Shown: in pieces, positions 60,420 to 64,000 of the stretch
How the letters are laid out: every line of letters starts with the position of its first letter
How positions within the stretch are numbered: the stretch's first letter is position 1
Origin: an uncultured delta proteobacterium
GTDB lineage: Bacteria > Myxococcota_A > Polyangia > Polyangiales > JAFGIB01
Length of the DNA stretch: 64,000 bases
NCBI GenBank assembly: GCA_963778655.1
Contig: CAVZVA010000005.1
Span: 816,679-880,678 of the forward strand
Direction of reading: 5' to 3'
The notes under the pieces: model-generated
Told to the model about the DNA's origin: nothing
Databases searched by the model: none
What the model saw: only the letters and a program-made list of their open reading frames with translations
Made by a program: the position numbers and the translations under genes

Positions 60420-61094
60420 CTAACTGCTGTCGAGAGCGGGGCAGGCGGTGTCGAGCGGGGCGCAGGCTACGCGTGCGAAGCGTGCGAGCCAGAAGGTGCC
60501 GGCGGGGAACACGCAGTGCAGGCCGCGACGCCACTTGTGCAGGGCCTCACGGTAGGCGGAGCGGAACGCGTTCAGGATGGCGCGGCCTCGGCGTTGGCCT
60601 TCGGCGGTTCCGGCGGCGAAGGTGGGGTTGAGCTTGCCCTTGGGGCGCGGCGTCTTGGGGGCGTCGAAGGGATTGAGCTTCTCCAGACGCTTGGTGCCCC
60701 AGAAGGTCTTGCCGTCGCGGGCGGCCTGGATGCGGATCGCACGCTGGCGCTCGGCGATCAGCGCTTCCATGTCGGCGACCACGTGCTGCGGGTCGCGGTC
60801 GGCAAGCGCTGGCGGCAGCGTGTAGCGCGCCTGGACCTCGGCCCAGCGCTCGTCCTTCTGGCCGAAGTGAAACTCGGGCCGCTTGACGGTAGCCGGCGCA
60901 GCAAGCCAATCCGCAGGCGTCGAGCGCACGCCGTGCCAGTCGCGGAAGTCGCGCACCAGCAATGCCTGCACCACGTTGACGAACAGGTAGCCGCACTTGT
61001 CGATCACGGCCTCGCGGTCGTGGAGCGTGACAGACGAGTAGGGGTCATCGGACCAGAAGGCCTCGGAGCGGTCGTAGAGCGCGTTCATGCACTC
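60420..61094 (-). pseudogene. Second RAYT-like Y1 transposase, 5'-truncated
   Basis: NALYDRSEAFWS...Y.FVNVVQALLV...W.G...FRSAYREAL...FPAGTFWL; N-terminal HUH region replaced by the repeat starting at 61095. Confidence 0.65.
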
Positions 61095-61660
61095 GGCAAA
61101 TGGGGACGGTCCTCGATACTTCGATAACCTACGTTTCTCGCTCCCCTCGCCAGCACGCGTCAGGTCTCCTGCACGTCCACATGATACCGCACCGGTAGCG
61201 CATCGGCCGTGGCCTTGGTCTTGGTGCGCGCACGTGGGCGGCGGCGACCAGAGAGCAGCGCCGTCAGCGCGCTTGGGCCTGCTCGTCGAGCTCTGCTGGC
61301 GCCTCCAGCCAACCTCACAGGCGCAGTTCGCGGAGGACCGTCCCCACCTACTCCTACTCCGGGTCCCGACCGAAGCGCTCCAGCAAAGCGCTCCAGCACG
61401 TAGCCCATCCGCAGCCACTCGGGTGCCACCGCGCGTCCCACGTACGCCTGATGGCTCGACCATGCGCTGGCACGCGCCGCTCGCACCAAACCCGCTCGCA
61501 CTGGGTTGTTGTGCACGTACCGCACCAACTCCAACAGGTACTGCTCGCAATCATTCTTCCCCTCCATTCATTCATTTTCATTCTCCACATTTTCATTCAT
61601 TCATTTCCAGGGCGCGTGCGGCTCGACTTGCGGGCCGCCGTACTCGTGCAGCCACACCCC
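61095..61660. repeat. Shuffled partial copy of the RAYT element
   Basis: 61095-61301 matches about 54329-54542; 61302-61332 matches about 55487-55518; 61333-61345 is the right-end motif; about 61359-61548 matches 55012-55188; then a TCAT-rich tract and short pieces of 54591-54645. Confidence 0.88.
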
Positions 61661-61702
61661 GCGCAAACGACGCAAGCGCCGAGGGCGGGGACAGGGGTGG
61701 CG

Positions 61703-63038
61703 TCACCGCCAGCGCGCGAGCCGGCGCGCCTGCCACGGCATGTGGGCTGGCAAGCGCGCGTGCAGGTCCGGCAGGGTCGGGCAGGCCATCAGCTCGTCCG
61801 GGCCGAACGGGTTGGCTTGACCCACGGAGCTGGCCATGACCACCTCCTTGCCGAATTCTGCGACGCCAAAGCCGCGCCAGCGCAGGCGGTCGGCGAGCGT
61901 GTGCGTTTCGCTGGTGGCGCTCATGCCCAGGCGCCAGGCGAAGAGCACCGCGTTGACCGGCGCGTTGCCGCTCCCGGTCGGCGCGTAGACTGCGATTGCG
62001 TCGTTGCGCAGCCCGGAGGCGAGCTGGTAGTCCGAGCTGACCGCGGCGTTGTCGGGGTTGCTCGCGCGCAGCAATGCCAGTGCACCGGCCACGCCGAAGC
62101 TGTCCAACGCGTAGAGCGAGAAGCCGTCGGGCGCCGCCGGTGGCCCACAATGGAGTGGCTCGATACGGGTTGGCGGGACGCGGCCATTGCCGTAACCGGC
62201 GATGAAGTCCAGCAGCGCCGCCGGCGGCGCGTCGAATAGCGCATCGACCTTGTCGTGCCCGTAGCCGTTCCAGACCGCGGCGACGTAGCCTGTGCCGAAC
62301 CAGTAGGGCAAGTCCTGGGTGGTGGCGAGCAGGGGCGCGTTCGAGGCCGCGATCCGGTCGAATGTGTTGCTCTCGATGCCCTGCAAAGTCTCCGGCCACA
62401 TCACGTCTTCGGGCATCCGGCCCTGCAACCACGTCAGCACGCGCGCGGAATTGACCACGGCCTCGCCTTCGACCAGACACGATAGCGCCACGCTGCGGTC
62501 GGTGGAGGTGATGAAGTCGCCAGTGAGCGCCCCCAGATCACGCTCCCGGTCCTGCAGGTAGTGCGTGAGCTCGTGCGAGAGCAGGTGGTCGTCATCGATC
62601 ATGTCAACGTCCGGGAAGCCGCTCCGGCCAGATCGATCCGATACCACCGTGATCTCCTCGTTCTGGTCGTCGTAGTAGGCTGCGGTCGATTCGACCGCGT
62701 GCTCGAATCTGGACCTCCATCGAATCCATCTTGGGCGGCAGTAGGCCCAGCGACCGCAGCGCCGTGTCGATGAGCACGGGCGTCGCGCTGCTCGCACCCG
62801 CCATCGTCCCCAGCTCGTTGCGAAGCTCCGCTCGCGTCAGCACGCGCACGGCGGGCAGCTCCGGCACCGCGTCGTCACGACGCTCGCAAGCGGTCACGGC
62901 CAGCAGCGCGTGCTGGCAGCTCTGTTCGACTATCGCGCACGGTTCGGGCGCCTCGCACGGGACTGCGCCGCTGCCGCTGCCGCAGGCACCGAGCAGCGCG
63001 CCGAACGCGAGCACCACGCGCGAAGAGAGCCGCCTCAT
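61703..63038 (-). pseudogene. Zinc metallopeptidase-like lipoprotein split by a frameshift near 62706
   Basis: Lipobox LLGAC in one frame; AAYYD...LLSHELTHYLQD...LVEGEA in another; removing one base in CAGATTCGAG joins them. May be a sequencing error. Confidence 0.72.
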
Positions 63039-63248
63039 CCCGGTTCGCGCTGCCCTCAGCCTTGGCCATTCGCTGCACCACATGCCGAGGATGATGGCGG
63101 TGCGCGAGGTCATCGGAGTGGGTTGCGGGTGAAAATGGTATCGGCCAAGCAGCGCCCGGACCGTGACGCCGTCCCACGGCCGCAACCACGCGGATGCCAC
63201 ACCCCGGCTGTATTCCCCCGATAGGGCAAGGCCAACCCATCGTGGGAA

Positions 63249-63556
63249 GGGCAAATGGGGACCGGGTGGGCAAATAGGGCAAATGGGGACGATACCGCAC
63301 CGGTAGCGCATCGGCCGTGGCCTTGGTCTTGGTGCGCGCACGTGGGCGGCGGCGACCAGAGAGCAGCGCCGTCAGCGCGCTCGCTTGCTCGTCGAGCTCT
63401 GCTGGCGTCGTCATCGCCCGACCGTAGTGGTAGCTCACCACCCCGGTGTCCAGGCCCAGGGCGCGTGCCAGCTCCACTTGCTGGCCGCCGTACTCGTGCA
63501 GCCACACCCAGATCGCCAAACGCTTGGCCTGCGTCGGACCCCTCGCCCGCGGACGC
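63249..63556. repeat. Third partial copy of the RAYT element
   Basis: Reiterated GGGCAAAT(GGGGAC) end motif at 63249-63290, then 63291-63556 matching 54426-54691. Confidence 0.9.
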
Positions 63557-63564
63557 CGGCGCCA

Positions 63565-63999
63565 TTACGCACCCTCGCGCGAGCCACCGGTCGCTTGCAC
63601 CCGACGGAGCTCGGCCTGGATCATCCTTTCGACCACCTCGCGAAAGCGCACGCTCGCCTCCCAGCCCAGCTCGCGCTGCGCCTTCGACGGGTCGGCGCGA
63701 CTCACCATGATGTCGGTCGGGCGTAGCAATGCCGGCGAGAGGTCCACGTGCCTCCGCCAGTCGAGGCCGACGCACGCAAACGCGACCTCCACGAATTCCT
63801 GAAGCTTGTGGGTCTCGCCGGTCGCGATCACGTAGTCGTCCGGCGCCGGCTGCTGCAGCATGCGCCACATCCCCTCCACGTATTCCGGCGCCCAGCCCCA
63901 GTCGCGCTGAATACCGACGTTGCCCAGGCTGAGACGTTCGCGCGAACCCGCCGCGATTCGGCAGGCCGTGGTGACGATCTTCTGCGTGACGAAGCGGCG
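63565..63999 (-). CDS. gmd: GDP-mannose 4,6-dehydratase, C-terminal part (runs off window)
   Basis: FVTQKIV...LSLGNV...RDWGWAPEYVEGMWRMLQQ...DDYVIATGETH...RPTDI...ADPSKAQRELGW. Confidence 0.92.
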   Translation of the reverse strand, partial: RRFVTQKIVTTACRIAAGSRERLSLGNVGIQRDWGWAPEYVEGMWRMLQQPAPDDYVIATGETHKLQEFVEVAFACVGLDWRRHVDLSPALLRPTDIMVSRADPSKAQRELGWEASVRFREVVERMIQAELRRVQATGGSREGA

Positions 64000-64000
64000 G

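Noticed and set aside
60420..61550. 376-aa ORF as an intact gene (also 61160-61567 and 62875-63519)
   Set aside because: Chimeric read-throughs of repeat fragments; only parts are homologous to transposases.
62700..62712. Programmed frameshift in the metallopeptidase
   Set aside because: No slippery sequence; a single extra base is better explained by mutation or sequencing error.
54329..63556. Repeated GGGGACGGTCC motif as a CRISPR repeat
   Set aside because: Copies are dispersed and partly inverted, with no regular spacers and no cas genes.

Overview
High-GC window with myxobacterial-type gene content (Glt/Agl-like TPR operon, MYXO-CTERM-like tail, several sigma54 activators); the taxon is inferred from gene families only. 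Layout: (1) 1-4 kb, two sigma54 enhancer-binding proteins and an ECF sigma/zinc anti-sigma pair. (2) 4.3-19.8 kb, a co-oriented envelope-spanning locus: GltC/D/E/F/G-like genes with a degenerate TolQ/ExbB/AglR-like gene inside, then an outer-membrane beta-barrel, a short OPX/Wza polysaccharide exporter, a nucleotidyltransferase and a stand-alone MshEN protein. (3) 20.7-45 kb, a dense c-di-GMP/two-component/sigma54 signalling region (2 GGDEF, 1 EAL, 3 PilZ, 1 further MshEN-motif protein, 5 kinases). Inside it, two paralogous REC-kinases (one lacking the phospho-His) bracket a cassette of PilZ/GNAT-like protein, P450, fatty-acid desaturase, JmjC oxygenase, CMD protein and a V4R-sensor hybrid kinase; this is my best candidate for an undescribed lipid-signal synthesis and sensing system. 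(4) 45-54 kb, secreted proteins and lipoproteins, including an apparent DUF4185(GH183)+DUF2961(GH172) fusion, a candidate D-arabinan-degrading enzyme. (5) 54-64 kb, mobile-element debris: an intact RAYT-like Y1 transposase with 24-bp inverted ends plus two shuffled partial copies, nested IS66 remnants, an ISL3 remnant, a truncated second Y1 transposase, a frameshifted metallopeptidase and the 3' end of gmd. No rRNA, tRNA or CRISPR array was seen. All assignments come from reading motifs by eye; no database searches were run.
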